Part shown: piece by piece, positions 37,586 through 47,245 of the stretch
Position numbering within the stretch: the first letter of the stretch is position 1
Layout: every line of letters starts with the position of its first letter
Assembly (NCBI GenBank): GCA_943358385.1
Contig: CALRGX010000005.1
Location: 2,886-66,885 of the forward strand
Direction of reading: 5' to 3'
Source of the DNA: Parcubacteria group bacterium
GTDB taxonomy: Bacteria; Patescibacteriota; Minisyncoccia; Phycocordibacterales; UBA2100
Length of the DNA stretch: 64,000 nt
Position numbers and translations under genes: made by a program
The notes under the pieces: generated by a model
What the model was told of the DNA's origin: nothing
The model's input: only the letters and a program-made list of their open reading frames with translations
The model's database searches: none

Positions 37586-37740
37586 TTATTTCTCTAGGTG
37601 TCTCATTTGTCTCATTTTCATCTAAAACCCTTTGTTTTATTACTGGGAGATAGCGACTCACTTGCCTCAATGAGACACTCTAAAAAGTGCTATAATACAC
37701 TTACAAGGCCTCAAGTCGTGGGTACTTAACTCACATGGCC

Positions 37741-38011
37741 CGCAAAAATAAAGAGACAGAAGCGAAAGCTTCTGGCGATTATATTTTTGTAGGAAGGGTG
37801 AAAGATTCGAAGGCCGGAGGCGGGGGTCCCCAAAAGCTTTTGGGGCGCCGAGGCAGGGTCGTGGAATTTTCAAGTGCGACGGCACTTGAAAATATCCCTG
37901 ACCGAATCCCGGTCAAAAGTCTGCATCTACTGATACAGCTTTCGACCCTGCCTCGCGCCGACGCGCTCCGGCCTTGCGAAGCTGCGCACGGCTCGCTTCT
38001 CACCCCTCCGC
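37741..38011 (+). repeat. tRNA-anchored palindromic element (tRNA-Ser version)
   Basis: Same first hairpin as 52777-52825; AGGGTGAAAGATTCGAA is antisense (16/17) to the tRNA-Ser 3' end; sense copy TCTCACCCCTCCGC at 37998-38011. Confidence 0.75.
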
Positions 38012-38076
38012 TTTGTTCAAGAGAAAGCTTCAAGATAAAGAGAGAAGTTCGCCGCCTTCGCATGTATACTTTCAGT

Positions 38077-38277
38077 ATGTGGATTCACCAGCGCTCGCTG
38101 CTCATCGGTGCTGCCTTCGCACTTCCATTTTTCGCTGCAAATGTGCTGGTAGCTTTGCAGGCAAAACTATTCCTTTGGCTCCTGCGCCCCCTGGGGCATA
38201 CCACGCTGGATGAAGAAATCGCCCAGCCCCCAGCCGATAAGGGCAATAAAAGCACACAGAACACCCCACGAAAGTGA
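38077..38277 (+). pseudogene. Possible truncated membrane-protein gene
   Basis: TATACT box upstream; hydrophobic N-terminus followed by a non-homogeneous tail. Confidence 0.35.
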
Positions 38278-38381
38278 CATGGGGGAAGTGTAGCATCGCT
38301 GCCACAGACAGCTCGGCAGTATGTACATTGCGTTCACGTGTGTGCTAATGTAATTCGGGTTTAGCTACAGGAGAGTGCTAC

Positions 38382-38801
38382 GTGCAGCAACTTGAAGTAA
38401 CGGATCGTTCCCCGGGCGCACAAATACAGGCGGTCCTCATCCAGGTGAGTGACCAGGTGGCGCACAGCAGTGCTATGCGCTGGCTTTGCCGTGTCGTGTC
38501 TCTCGTCCCCGGAGGAATACAAACCTTCAGTGTCGTCCTCATTATCATCGCTGGCCTCGTGCCAATGGTGCTGATGGGTGTTGCGGTAGCCGTGGCAGAA
38601 AAGCTCTGCGCGCGCCGCGTAGGGTTGCTGCCCGCGCAGTATATCGGGGCGACCTGCTATCTGCTCACCCTCTTAGGGGCTGCAGTGTTCAGCAACATAG
38701 CGCTCGTACTCTTTGCACTCACCACGCTCTTTTTGATAACGGGCTGGTTCATCAGTGCGGTACCTGCAGCATCAGTGAGTAAAAAGGAAACCGCGGAATA
38801 G
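38382..38801 (+). CDS. Membrane hypothetical protein (orphan cassette)
   Basis: AGGAG SD, GTG start, about 3 TM segments. Confidence 0.6.
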   Translation: MQQLEVTDRSPGAQIQAVLIQVSDQVAHSSAMRWLCRVVSLVPGGIQTFSVVLIIIAGLVPMVLMGVAVAVAEKLCARRVGLLPAQYIGATCYLLTLLGAAVFSNIALVLFALTTLFLITGWFISAVPAASVSKKETAE

Positions 38802-38885
38802 TCACCGCCGTATGGCGAAACCACTTCAGAGAAGTGGTTTCTTCTTTAATGGAAATATATCTGAAGTACGTGGTATCATAAAAAT

Positions 38886-39278
38886 ATGAACGACGAGCAG
38901 TGGAAAGAAAAACTCACGGACGAGCAATTCGAGGTCATGCGCCAAAAAGGGACCGAGCTGCCTTTCACGGGAGACTACTGGGACACCAAAACGCCTGGCA
39001 AGTATCGCTGTGCTGGTTGCGGTGCTGAATTGTTTGATTCTGATACGAAATTTAATTCCGGGACTGGTTGGCCTTCCTTTGCAGAGGCCAAAGAGGGCGC
39101 TGTTCGTTTTGAAAAAGATGCCAGCCTTGGCTTGGAGCGAACGGAAGTGGTGTGTGCGCAGTGTGGTGGGCACCTTGGGCACGTTTTTGAAGACGGACCT
39201 GAAATGGTGAATGGGAAGGAAACCGCTGGCAAGCGCTATTGCATTAACTCCTGTGCCTTGAATCTTGAGGAAAAATAA
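38886..39278 (+). CDS. msrB: Peptide-methionine (R)-S-oxide reductase
   Basis: GTELPFTG, GWPSF, GHLGHVFEDGP, RYCINS. Confidence 0.96.
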   Translation: MNDEQWKEKLTDEQFEVMRQKGTELPFTGDYWDTKTPGKYRCAGCGAELFDSDTKFNSGTGWPSFAEAKEGAVRFEKDASLGLERTEVVCAQCGGHLGHVFEDGPEMVNGKETAGKRYCINSCALNLEEK

Positions 39279-39380
39279 GTACCGCTCTCCACTGCTGAAT
39301 ACCGTGTTATGCACTACACCCGCTTGCGGGCTCTAGGTGGGGCAGGCACAATGAGGCTACTTAGCAATTTATAAAACCCT

Positions 39381-39791
39381 ATGTTTGAAGTAAATCTATT
39401 GGCAGTTCTTGTGGCAGCAGTCGTCAACATGGCGATTGGCATGGCCTGGTACAACCCGAAAGTATTTGGTACGTCGTGGATGAAGATGGTAGGCCTAACT
39501 CCTGAGCTCGGCGAGATGGGCAAGAAGAAAATGCCACTCCATGCGTTCTTTGGTTTGCTCGCAGCATTTGTGATGGCATACGTCCTTAACCACTTTGGTA
39601 TCGCATGGGGAGTGTTCGATTGGATCGGTGCTGTCGAACTTGCCTTCTGGGTCTGGCTCGGCTTCTTGGTACCAGTTCTTCTTTGGCCTGCACTCTGGGA
39701 GATGAAGCCATGGAAATTGGTGGTCATCAACGCCAGCTATTGGCTGGTTGCCTTGATTGCAACATCATCAGTGTTGATGTTTTTTGCGTAA
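39381..39791 (+). CDS. DUF1761 membrane protein
   Basis: NLLAVLVAA...WYNPKVFGTSWM. Confidence 0.8.
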   Translation: MFEVNLLAVLVAAVVNMAIGMAWYNPKVFGTSWMKMVGLTPELGEMGKKKMPLHAFFGLLAAFVMAYVLNHFGIAWGVFDWIGAVELAFWVWLGFLVPVLLWPALWEMKPWKLVVINASYWLVALIATSSVLMFFA

Positions 39792-39866
39792 CAAGACCAG
39801 TAATCATGAAAACGGCCGCGCGACGCGCGGCCGTTTTCATATACCACCGTATGCTATCCTTTCCGT

Positions 39867-40334
39867 ATGGTTTTCAATGCGCGCGCAGCAGTGTACGGCT
39901 TTATCGCACTGCTCTCTATTATCGGCATCGGCATAGCATTTTCATCCATGGGCGGATACTACGAACATGCGTCACAGACTCCCTACGAACGATTAATCAC
40001 GGTAGGCGGCACGCCATTTAAGGTGGATGTTGCCGATACGCCAGCCGAGCGAGAGCGTGGGCTTTCCAATACGCCACCGCAACCACCGCGCGCCATGTTG
40101 TTTATTTTCGATTATGACGAACAGTGGGGTATATGGATGAAGGACATGAACTATCCTATAGATGTGCTCTGGATTACCGCTGATTTGCAGGTGGTTCAGA
40201 TAGAGCCTAATATGCATCCCGCATCGTTTCCACGCGTGTATCGAGCCAGCATTCCCGTGCGCTACGTGCTAGAGCTCCCAGGAGGGACCATCGAGGCATA
40301 CAATCTTGCCGTAGGTAATCAAGTAGTGCTCTAA
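39867..40334 (+). CDS. DUF192 protein
   Basis: VADTPAERERGLS, MLFIF, WMKDMNYPID, VLELPGG. Confidence 0.9.
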   Translation: MVFNARAAVYGFIALLSIIGIGIAFSSMGGYYEHASQTPYERLITVGGTPFKVDVADTPAERERGLSNTPPQPPRAMLFIFDYDEQWGIWMKDMNYPIDVLWITADLQVVQIEPNMHPASFPRVYRASIPVRYVLELPGGTIEAYNLAVGNQVVL

Positions 40335-40360
40335 AAGGGGCGCATGATAAACTGCGCCCG

Positions 40361-40771
40361 ATGAAGCGAGTCCTCATAACTGGCGGAGCGGGCTTTATAG
40401 GGCACCACGTCGTGGACTACCTCCTCGAGAGAACCGATTGGCAGCTGGTTTTGCTGGATCGCCTCGACACCTCGGGTGATTTGAATCGCCTCACCCATCT
40501 TCCCATCTGGCCGGCTCAGAAAGCACGCGTCACTTTCGTACATCACGATTTGAAAGCTCCATTCAACGAAGCGATATGTGCGCGCCTCGGGAGTATCGAC
40601 TACATCTTTCATTTGGCCGCATCGACGCACGTTGATCGAAGTATCAGTGACCCCATGCTTTTTGTGGGCGATAACGTCGTAGGAACGGGGCACTTGTTGG
40701 AATACGCACGCACACTACCCGCGCTTTCACTGTACTCTTTTGTGTCGCATCCGTGTATACATTTTATATAG
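40361..40771 (+). pseudogene. Truncated NAD-dependent epimerase/dehydratase (RmlB-like)
   Basis: GGAGFIG and HLAASTHVDRSI present, but the ORF ends before the STDEV and YxxxK motifs. Confidence 0.8.
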
Positions 40772-40899
40772 GCTATCGCCTAGCGCAAAAACACAAAAGT
40801 ACTTTCTCAAAAGAGAAGATTGCATAGGTCAAAAAGTGCTGCAAATGCACTCATTTTGAGTGAACGTATTTACAGTGTCCTCTGCTTGTTTCGTGCGCA

Positions 40900-40908
40900 T
40901 TATCCACA
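40900..40908 (+). promoter_or_regulatory. Consensus DnaA box upstream of the RNR gene
   Basis: TTATCCACA. Confidence 0.5.
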
Positions 40909-40965
40909 GGGGACTACACCCCATGAGGAGTACAATGAATTCATTACAAGCATCAGTACGTGCGC

Positions 40966-43329
40966 ATGACCACTGCAATAAAAAACGCGGGTAAAAAATC
41001 TGCCCCTTCGGAAGCCCCGAAGGCAACTCACAAAGTTGTCGACTCGGCTGCTATCAAAGTTTACAAAAAGTATCTTCCTAAAATCCAGAAGCGTGATGGT
41101 CGCATCATGCCGTTCGAGTTTGACAAGATAGTGACTGTTATCGAGAAGGCAATGGAAGCAACCGGCGAAGGTTCATTTGAAGAGGCGGTCGTGGTTGCCC
41201 ACAAGGTGGCGAGCGAAATGATGACCATTGCGAGGAAGTACAAGAACTTCCTCCCTACGGTGGAGGGGTGCCAGGACGAAGTTGAACGCCAACTGATGCT
41301 TGCAGACTATGTCGCGCCTTCAAAGGCGTACATTCTCTATCGTGCTGATCGCGCCAAAATGCGCGCGCTCCAAGGTGATGTGCCGCCACACGTAAAAAAG
41401 CTTGCTGACGAAAGCAAGAAGTACTTTGAAGGAAATCCGCTGGGTGAATTTGTGTATTTGCGCACCTACGCACGCTGGATCGAGGCTGAACAGCGCCGCG
41501 AGACGTGGATTGAGACGGTAGAGCGCTACATCGGTTTCATGAAGGAGAACTTGGGCAACAAACTCACAGAAAAAGAGTATGCCATGGTACGTGAATCAAT
41601 CCTGAAACAAGAGGTGATGCCGAGTATGCGTGCGATGCAGTTCTCGGGCCCCGCTGCGCGTCGCTGTCATGCAGTGGTGTACAACTGCTCGTTTATTGCA
41701 CCGACGAAGCTCGAAGATTTCGCTGAAATCATGTATCTCTCGATGAGTGGCTGTGGAGTGGGATACAGTGTTGAGCACGAAAATGTTGAACAGCTTCCAC
41801 AAATTCAGAAGCAGACGGGCGCGAAATTGGCAACATACGTTGTTGAAGACTCAAAAGAAGGATGGGGCAACGCACTCACGCATGGGCTGAAAGCGTGGTA
41901 TGCAGGCAAAGACGTGGAATTCGACTTCTCTCAGTTGCGCCCACTCGGTGCTCGTCTAAAGACGATGGGCGGCAAATCCTCAGGCCCTGATCCTTTGCGT
42001 TCACTCCTTTCATTCGCGCGCGAACGATTGATGGTGCGCCAAGGAAGACGCCTACGCACGATTGATGTACACGACATGATCTGCAAGATTGGCGAATGTG
42101 TGGTTGCTGGCGGTACACGCCGCTCAGCTATGATTTCGCTTTCTGATTTGGACGACGAGCTGGTGCGTGATGCTAAAGCTGGCCAATTCTGGATGACTGA
42201 CCCACACCGAGCGATGGCAAACAACTCGGCGGTCTACGAAACAAAGCCGACCAACGAAGAATTCATGGATGAGTGGGCGTCTCTCATGAAAGCAAAGACG
42301 GGTGAGCGCGGTATTTTCAACCGCACAGCACTCGAGACCACCATGCCTAAGCGTCGTTTGGATTACCTGAAGAAAAAGAACGGTGGCCGTCTGCCTCTGA
42401 TCGGTACGAATCCTTGCGGCGAAATCACTCTCCAGAGTAAGCAGTTCTGCAACCTCTCCGAAGTGATTGCGCGCGCGAATGACACCGAAGAAACGCTGGT
42501 GCAGAAGGCAAAGGTGGCAGCACTATTGGGCACCTTCCAGTCGTCCTTGACGAAATTCAGCTACCTCTCGAAAGAGTGGACTGAAAACTGTGAAGCAGAG
42601 CGCCTTTTGGGTGTGTCGGTCACGGGCCAGTGGGATTCTCCTGCGTTCCGCAACGAGAAAACAATGCGCAAAATGCGTGATGCAGCGGTCAAAGAGAATG
42701 AAAAGTATGCAAAGCGCTTTGGTATCAATCCGTCCAAATCGGTTACCTGTGTGAAGCCTTCCGGAACGGTGTCGAAGACCTTCGACAACGCCTCAGGCAT
42801 GCATGCGCGATTTGCGCCGTACTACATCCAGCGCATTCGCATCTCATCAACGGACTCGCTCTTCAAAATGGTGCGCGATCAGGGCGTGCCGTATCACCCA
42901 GAAGTAGGGCAGCAGATGGAAACAGCGAACACCTATGTATTGGAGTTCCCGGTAAAGGCGCCAAAAAACGCAGTGTACAAGAACGACCAGACCGCGCTTG
43001 AGCAGCTTGAATACTGGAAGATGGTCAAGCTCAACTTCACTGAGCACAATCCTTCCGTCACCATTTCAGTAGGAGACAACGAATGGATTGCGGTGGCGAA
43101 CTGGCTCTACGAAAATTGGGACATCATCGGTGGACTTTCATTCCTTCCACGCTCAGACCATGCGTATCGCTTGGCACCGATGGAAGAGTGCACTAAAGAG
43201 CAGTACGAAGAGCTCTTGAAGAAAGTGGCTCACATCGACTACTCGAAAATCATTCTCTACGAAAAACGAGATGAGACTGAGCAGAAGAAGGAGTTGGCGT
43301 GTGCAGGAGGAGTATGCGAAATCGTTTAA
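40966..43329 (+). CDS. nrdJ: Class II (B12-dependent) ribonucleotide reductase with ATP cone
   Basis: IQKRDG ATP cone; YNCSF, TNPCGE, FCNLSE, VKPSGT; C-terminal ACAGGVCEI; no beta subunit nearby. Confidence 0.9.
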   Translation: MTTAIKNAGKKSAPSEAPKATHKVVDSAAIKVYKKYLPKIQKRDGRIMPFEFDKIVTVIEKAMEATGEGSFEEAVVVAHKVASEMMTIARKYKNFLPTVEGCQDEVERQLMLADYVAPSKAYILYRADRAKMRALQGDVPPHVKKLADESKKYFEGNPLGEFVYLRTYARWIEAEQRRETWIETVERYIGFMKENLGNKLTEKEYAMVRESILKQEVMPSMRAMQFSGPAARRCHAVVYNCSFIAPTKLEDFAEIMYLSMSGCGVGYSVEHENVEQLPQIQKQTGAKLATYVVEDSKEGWGNALTHGLKAWYAGKDVEFDFSQLRPLGARLKTMGGKSSGPDPLRSLLSFARERLMVRQGRRLRTIDVHDMICKIGECVVAGGTRRSAMISLSDLDDELVRDAKAGQFWMTDPHRAMANNSAVYETKPTNEEFMDEWASLMKAKTGERGIFNRTALETTMPKRRLDYLKKKNGGRLPLIGTNPCGEITLQSKQFCNLSEVIARANDTEETLVQKAKVAALLGTFQSSLTKFSYLSKEWTENCEAERLLGVSVTGQWDSPAFRNEKTMRKMRDAAVKENEKYAKRFGINPSKSVTCVKPSGTVSKTFDNASGMHARFAPYYIQRIRISSTDSLFKMVRDQGVPYHPEVGQQMETANTYVLEFPVKAPKNAVYKNDQTALEQLEYWKMVKLNFTEHNPSVTISVGDNEWIAVANWLYENWDIIGGLSFLPRSDHAYRLAPMEECTKEQYEELLKKVAHIDYSKIILYEKRDETEQKKELACAGGVCEIV

Positions 43330-43583
43330 GGAAAGTCTTATAAACGGCGGGTTGCGTCGTTGTGGGTCCCAGTAGTTTTCTCCGCCGTACCAGGCAGTAC
43401 GTCTATGAAAATTACTATCCCACGCCTAGCACTCCATCAGTTTTTAAAACTTTTATCGAGTCGGAAAACACCTGTCGGTATCTGCAGGTGTTTTCTGCGC
43501 AGGTGTGGATAGGGATGGTGGAAAAAGTTTCAGGCCGGCGCTATGCGCCGGCCTGATGCGTGTTGGGGATGCAACACGTCGAT

Positions 43584-44039
43584 TCACTGCTTCTTCGTCA
43601 GCTCTTCGAGCATAAAATCGAGTGCGCCGTCGAGCGCGTGCTCGTAGAGCTCTTGCCGTAGGGCAGGGAAGAGTGGATCCCGCACGATGGGGGCACGGAG
43701 GTGGATGACGGTCGCGTGCGTCAAGGTGCCGGTAATGCCAACATCCTTGAACACGTAGATGACCTCGTGCGCGTTGTGCTCGGTGTCGAACACATGTCCA
43801 CTTGCCTGCACGGTGAGCGTAGGTACGCCATGCTGGCCGATAGTCACCGATATCCACTCTGTGCAATCACCAGTCAGATCGACGTTTTCAGTAGTGCACG
43901 CCTTGATAATCGGTGCCGAGGGAGCCTTTGCCTTGATGAGTTGCATCATGGTGCCGATTCTCGGATCGGCCTCAGTAGCGGCGGCAGGTGTACCCCATAT
44001 GGCGCAAAGCAGTGCTGTAGCGATGAGTATTCGTATCAC
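43584..44039 (-). CDS. Secreted hypothetical protein (orphan cassette)
   Basis: GGAGG SD, GTG start, signal peptide ending PAAA; hairpins at about 43531-43580. Confidence 0.7.
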   Translation of the reverse strand: MIRILIATALLCAIWGTPAAATEADPRIGTMMQLIKAKAPSAPIIKACTTENVDLTGDCTEWISVTIGQHGVPTLTVQASGHVFDTEHNAHEVIYVFKDVGITGTLTHATVIHLRAPIVRDPLFPALRQELYEHALDGALDFMLEELTKKQ

Positions 44040-44142
44040 GTGTCAATCCTCCGGATTGGTTTGTACTGGGTTGGTACTGCTAGGATTATGCAACGAAATA
44101 ATAAAATTTGCAAGCATACCAGGAGTATGAAATACTGTGTGG

Positions 44143-44485
44143 GCTGCATCGGGTAGCTGCTATCAATGGCAACATCGATAGAGGAAAGTCCGGGCTCGGG
44201 CCGATAGAAATATCGCGCAGCAGGGTAATAGGTAACGCCTATCCATCGTAAGGTGAGAGGTGCGAGCAGAAACGCCCGCGGCGAAAGCCAGAGGCCCCGC
44301 AAGGGTGACGTCTGTGGAAACACAGATATGAAACGGCTAAATCCTTACCTCCGTGCAAGGTCGTGCCTGTCGCAAGACAGGAGTGCCGCTTGAGGGTGTT
44401 GGCGACAACACTCCCAGATGAATAGTTACACAGTCCTTCGCCTGAAAAGGCTCGGGATGGACAGAACCCGGCTTACAGGTGCAGC
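44143..44485 (+). ncRNA. rnpB: RNase P RNA
   Basis: GAGGAAAGTCCGGGCT and ACAGAACCCGGCTTA universal P4 strands; P1 GCTGCATC/GGTGCAGC. Confidence 0.95.
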
Positions 44486-44780
44486 GCAGTGAGTGAAAAG
44501 AGGCCCCGAATAGGGGTCTCTTTTCCGAATAAGCAATTCTGTATGCTCCGCATACAGATGCAGCGCAGCGAATAAAGAAGAGACCCGAACAGGGTCTTTT
44601 CTTTTGAGCAAGCAAAATCTGAAAGGTTTCCTTATAGGTGCAGCGAAATGAGCGAAGAAAAACCCCGAATAGGGGTTTTTCTTCCGAATGAGCAATCCTG
44701 TATGCTTTGCATATAGGTGCAGCGAACGAGTCAAAAGAGAACGCGAAAGCGTTCTCTTTTGCGAGAGAGCCAGAACTGTA
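44474..44780 (+). repeat. Four diverged ~79-80-bp tandem units, each starting with the rnpB 3' end
   Basis: TAYAGRTGCAGCG at 44474, 44553, 44633 and 44712, each followed by a long hairpin. Confidence 0.85.
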
Positions 44781-44876
44781 TCGACCCGTGCCCGCATGCC
44801 CCTGTGTGTATACGATATGCATAGTTTTTCTTGTGCTAGAATTATTCCAATTATAGGAATCTTAAAAGCAGTTATC

Positions 44877-47237
44877 ATGTCCACATCAATGCAAGGTTTG
44901 TCAAAAGTGCTTCAAAGTGTTGCTCTCTGGAGCGCAACACTCACTGTGGCATTACTCCCCGTATTTTTCCTCCCTGTGCAATGGGCAACTATTGCGCATG
45001 CGAAATTCTTGTTGCTTGCATTGGGCGTGGGCATCGGCGTTGCGGCTGCAGCGATAGCGAGCTTGGTGCGTGGGGACATACGCATTCCAAAGAGCATTGC
45101 GCTTTTCACCGTCTTCTTGGTCCCCTTGGCCTATATGGCCTCAGGTTTGATGCGCGGTGATGCGCATAGTTTCTATGCAGTTGAGAGAGACACGGTCTTG
45201 GCGTCGCTCCTGTGGGCAGGCGCGCTGTGGCTTGCGGTCCTCGGTTTCCAAAGTCGCGTACGAGTACTGTGGGCATATCGTGCCTTTTTGATTCTGGCCA
45301 CACTCATCACACTCTTCCAGATCGCGCGGCTCCTCATTGGGCCTGATCTCTTTACCTTTGGCGGTGCGCTCATTGGTCCCTCTGCAAGCGTCGTTGGCTC
45401 GTGGCACGACCTGGCCATCTTCTTGGGCTTTACCTTCATCCTCGCTATCTCGTTTCTGGGGAGTACTCATGCGGAAGGCACCGATCGCATCATCAGCATA
45501 GCGACAGGTATCATTGCGTTTCTAGGTCTTGCACTCATCAATATGCTTGATGTGTGGGTAGTAATTTCACTCACGACGGGTGCAATTGGTGCGTACCATG
45601 TGTACCGCTTCTACGCGCAGGATAAAAAGTGGAGTGTTGATCTGTTGAAGCATACCAGCACCGCACTCTTCCTCGGTGCGGCACTCCTGGCAGGTCTCTT
45701 TGCGATTGCAGGCACCACACTACACACCGTATTACCAACGGCGCTGCAAGTTACTCAAGTGGAAGTGCGGCCTTCATGGCAAGGGACTTTTGATGTTGCC
45801 TCGGCCGTCTATCGATCTTCGGGCGCTCTTTTCGGCTCAGGACCAAACACCTTTGTACGCGAGTGGGGAATGTACAAGCCTGCTGGCGTAAACGAAACAG
45901 CGTTCTGGAACGCGGATTTTGCGCAAGGTGTTGGTTTTATTCCAACCTCGCTCATTACGCTAGGAATTTTCGGCGCGATCGCGTGGCTCTTGTTCCTTGG
46001 CAGTTTTGCGTTTGAAGGTGTGCGTACGCTCATGCGCTCGGCGTCTGACAACAGTGTTGAGCCAATCATTGCAGGCCTCTTTGGTGGAGCGCTCTATCTC
46101 TGGGCGCTGCATGTGACTTACCCACCAGGGCCAGCCATTATGGCGTTGGCATTTTTGGTGAGTGGCCTTGCAATTTCATGGGCTGCGCACTCAGGCACTA
46201 TTCCGCTGATTCATATCTCAACACTTGCTGGCAGCCCACGATGGAAAATATTCTCGGTCACCCTCGGTTTTATTGTGCTCGGTGCCGGTATGTTTGTTAC
46301 CTCGGGGCTGTTTGTGCGCGCACTTGCAGCCGACATGCTCGTCAACAAATCAGTCGCCTCATTTAATCGCACTGGCTCGCTCGAGCAATCAGATGCGCTA
46401 CTCAAGACATCACTCGCGCTCTATCCCGGATACGATCGTGCCCACCGTGCGAGCGTTGAGCTGGGGCTTCTGCAGCTCGCCACCTTGGCAAAGGATGCAA
46501 ACGCTGAAGATCAAGCACGAGTAAAGTTGCTCCAGGACACCGTTTCAAACGCTATTGCGCACGGCCTTGCTGCCGTTGAATCCAATGCAGACGATTATCA
46601 AAACTGGCTCACGCTCGCTCGCGCATACGAGCAACTGGCAGGTGCGCAGGTAGAAGGTGCCTATGAGCGCGCCATTGACGCATATCAGGGCGCCGTTGCA
46701 AAAAACCCTACCAATCCTGCGCCACACCTCCTCTTAGCGCGCCTTGCTCTTCTGAAAGAAGATGTGGAGGGTGCCAAGAGTCAGCTCGCGCTTGCCGTTC
46801 AAAAGAAACAGAACTTCGCCGAGGCATACTTCTTGCTCTCACAGATCGCATCCTCAGCAGGTGATGTCGAAGGTGCTATTGCTGCAGCAGAGCGAGCAGT
46901 GCTCTCTGCACCACAAGAACCGGTTGCATGGTTCCAGTTGGGTGCGCTTCAGTATGGTGCACAGACCTACGACAAGGCTGTTGCGGCACTTGAGCAAGCG
47001 GTACTCCTGAACACCAACTATGCAAACGCACTCTACGTTCTCTCGCTCTCATATGCCGCACAAGGCAGATTCGAAGAAGCTGCGCGCGCGATGGAGTTGG
47101 TTTCTGCACTCAACCCAGATAGTACGGACTTGAAAAGCCTGGTGCAACAGTTGCGCACACAGGCTACAGCTACGCCTGCACCAGCTGTTCAAGACGTTCC
47201 TGCAGTAGAAGCAACGGAGCCAGCAACTGCTGAATAA
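44877..47237 (+). CDS. O-antigen-ligase-like membrane protein with C-terminal TPRs
   Basis: More than 10 TM segments, FGSGPNTF loop, multiple TPR repeats. Confidence 0.75.
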   Translation: MSTSMQGLSKVLQSVALWSATLTVALLPVFFLPVQWATIAHAKFLLLALGVGIGVAAAAIASLVRGDIRIPKSIALFTVFLVPLAYMASGLMRGDAHSFYAVERDTVLASLLWAGALWLAVLGFQSRVRVLWAYRAFLILATLITLFQIARLLIGPDLFTFGGALIGPSASVVGSWHDLAIFLGFTFILAISFLGSTHAEGTDRIISIATGIIAFLGLALINMLDVWVVISLTTGAIGAYHVYRFYAQDKKWSVDLLKHTSTALFLGAALLAGLFAIAGTTLHTVLPTALQVTQVEVRPSWQGTFDVASAVYRSSGALFGSGPNTFVREWGMYKPAGVNETAFWNADFAQGVGFIPTSLITLGIFGAIAWLLFLGSFAFEGVRTLMRSASDNSVEPIIAGLFGGALYLWALHVTYPPGPAIMALAFLVSGLAISWAAHSGTIPLIHISTLAGSPRWKIFSVTLGFIVLGAGMFVTSGLFVRALAADMLVNKSVASFNRTGSLEQSDALLKTSLALYPGYDRAHRASVELGLLQLATLAKDANAEDQARVKLLQDTVSNAIAHGLAAVESNADDYQNWLTLARAYEQLAGAQVEGAYERAIDAYQGAVAKNPTNPAPHLLLARLALLKEDVEGAKSQLALAVQKKQNFAEAYFLLSQIASSAGDVEGAIAAAERAVLSAPQEPVAWFQLGALQYGAQTYDKAVAALEQAVLLNTNYANALYVLSLSYAAQGRFEEAARAMELVSALNPDSTDLKSLVQQLRTQATATPAPAVQDVPAVEATEPATAE

Positions 47238-47245
47238 GGCGGCAT

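Larger units (their letters stand above)
35324..37667. mobile_element. Degraded AT-rich metal-resistance island downstream of tRNA-Ser
   Basis: Abrupt AT-rich shift; 12-bp direct repeat ACTCACTTGCCT at 35324-35335 and 37656-37667; recombinase-like remnant. Confidence 0.75.

Noticed and set aside
37735-38063. 180-aa and 94-aa ORFs
   Set aside because: They run through the palindromic element and show no protein-like features before about 38077.
43344-43500. Possible riboswitch or ncRNA downstream of nrdJ
   Set aside because: Only imperfect hairpins are present, there is no cobalamin-box motif, and the position is 3' of the gene.
44474-44780. Possible CRISPR array
   Set aside because: The units are diverged along their whole length, the 'spacers' are mutually similar hairpins, the repeat is the rnpB 3' end, and no cas genes are present.
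44036-44884. ORFs over rnpB and its repeats, and the N-terminal extension of 44688-47237
   Set aside because: They translate RNA-gene or repeat sequence; the likely start of the TPR protein is 44877.
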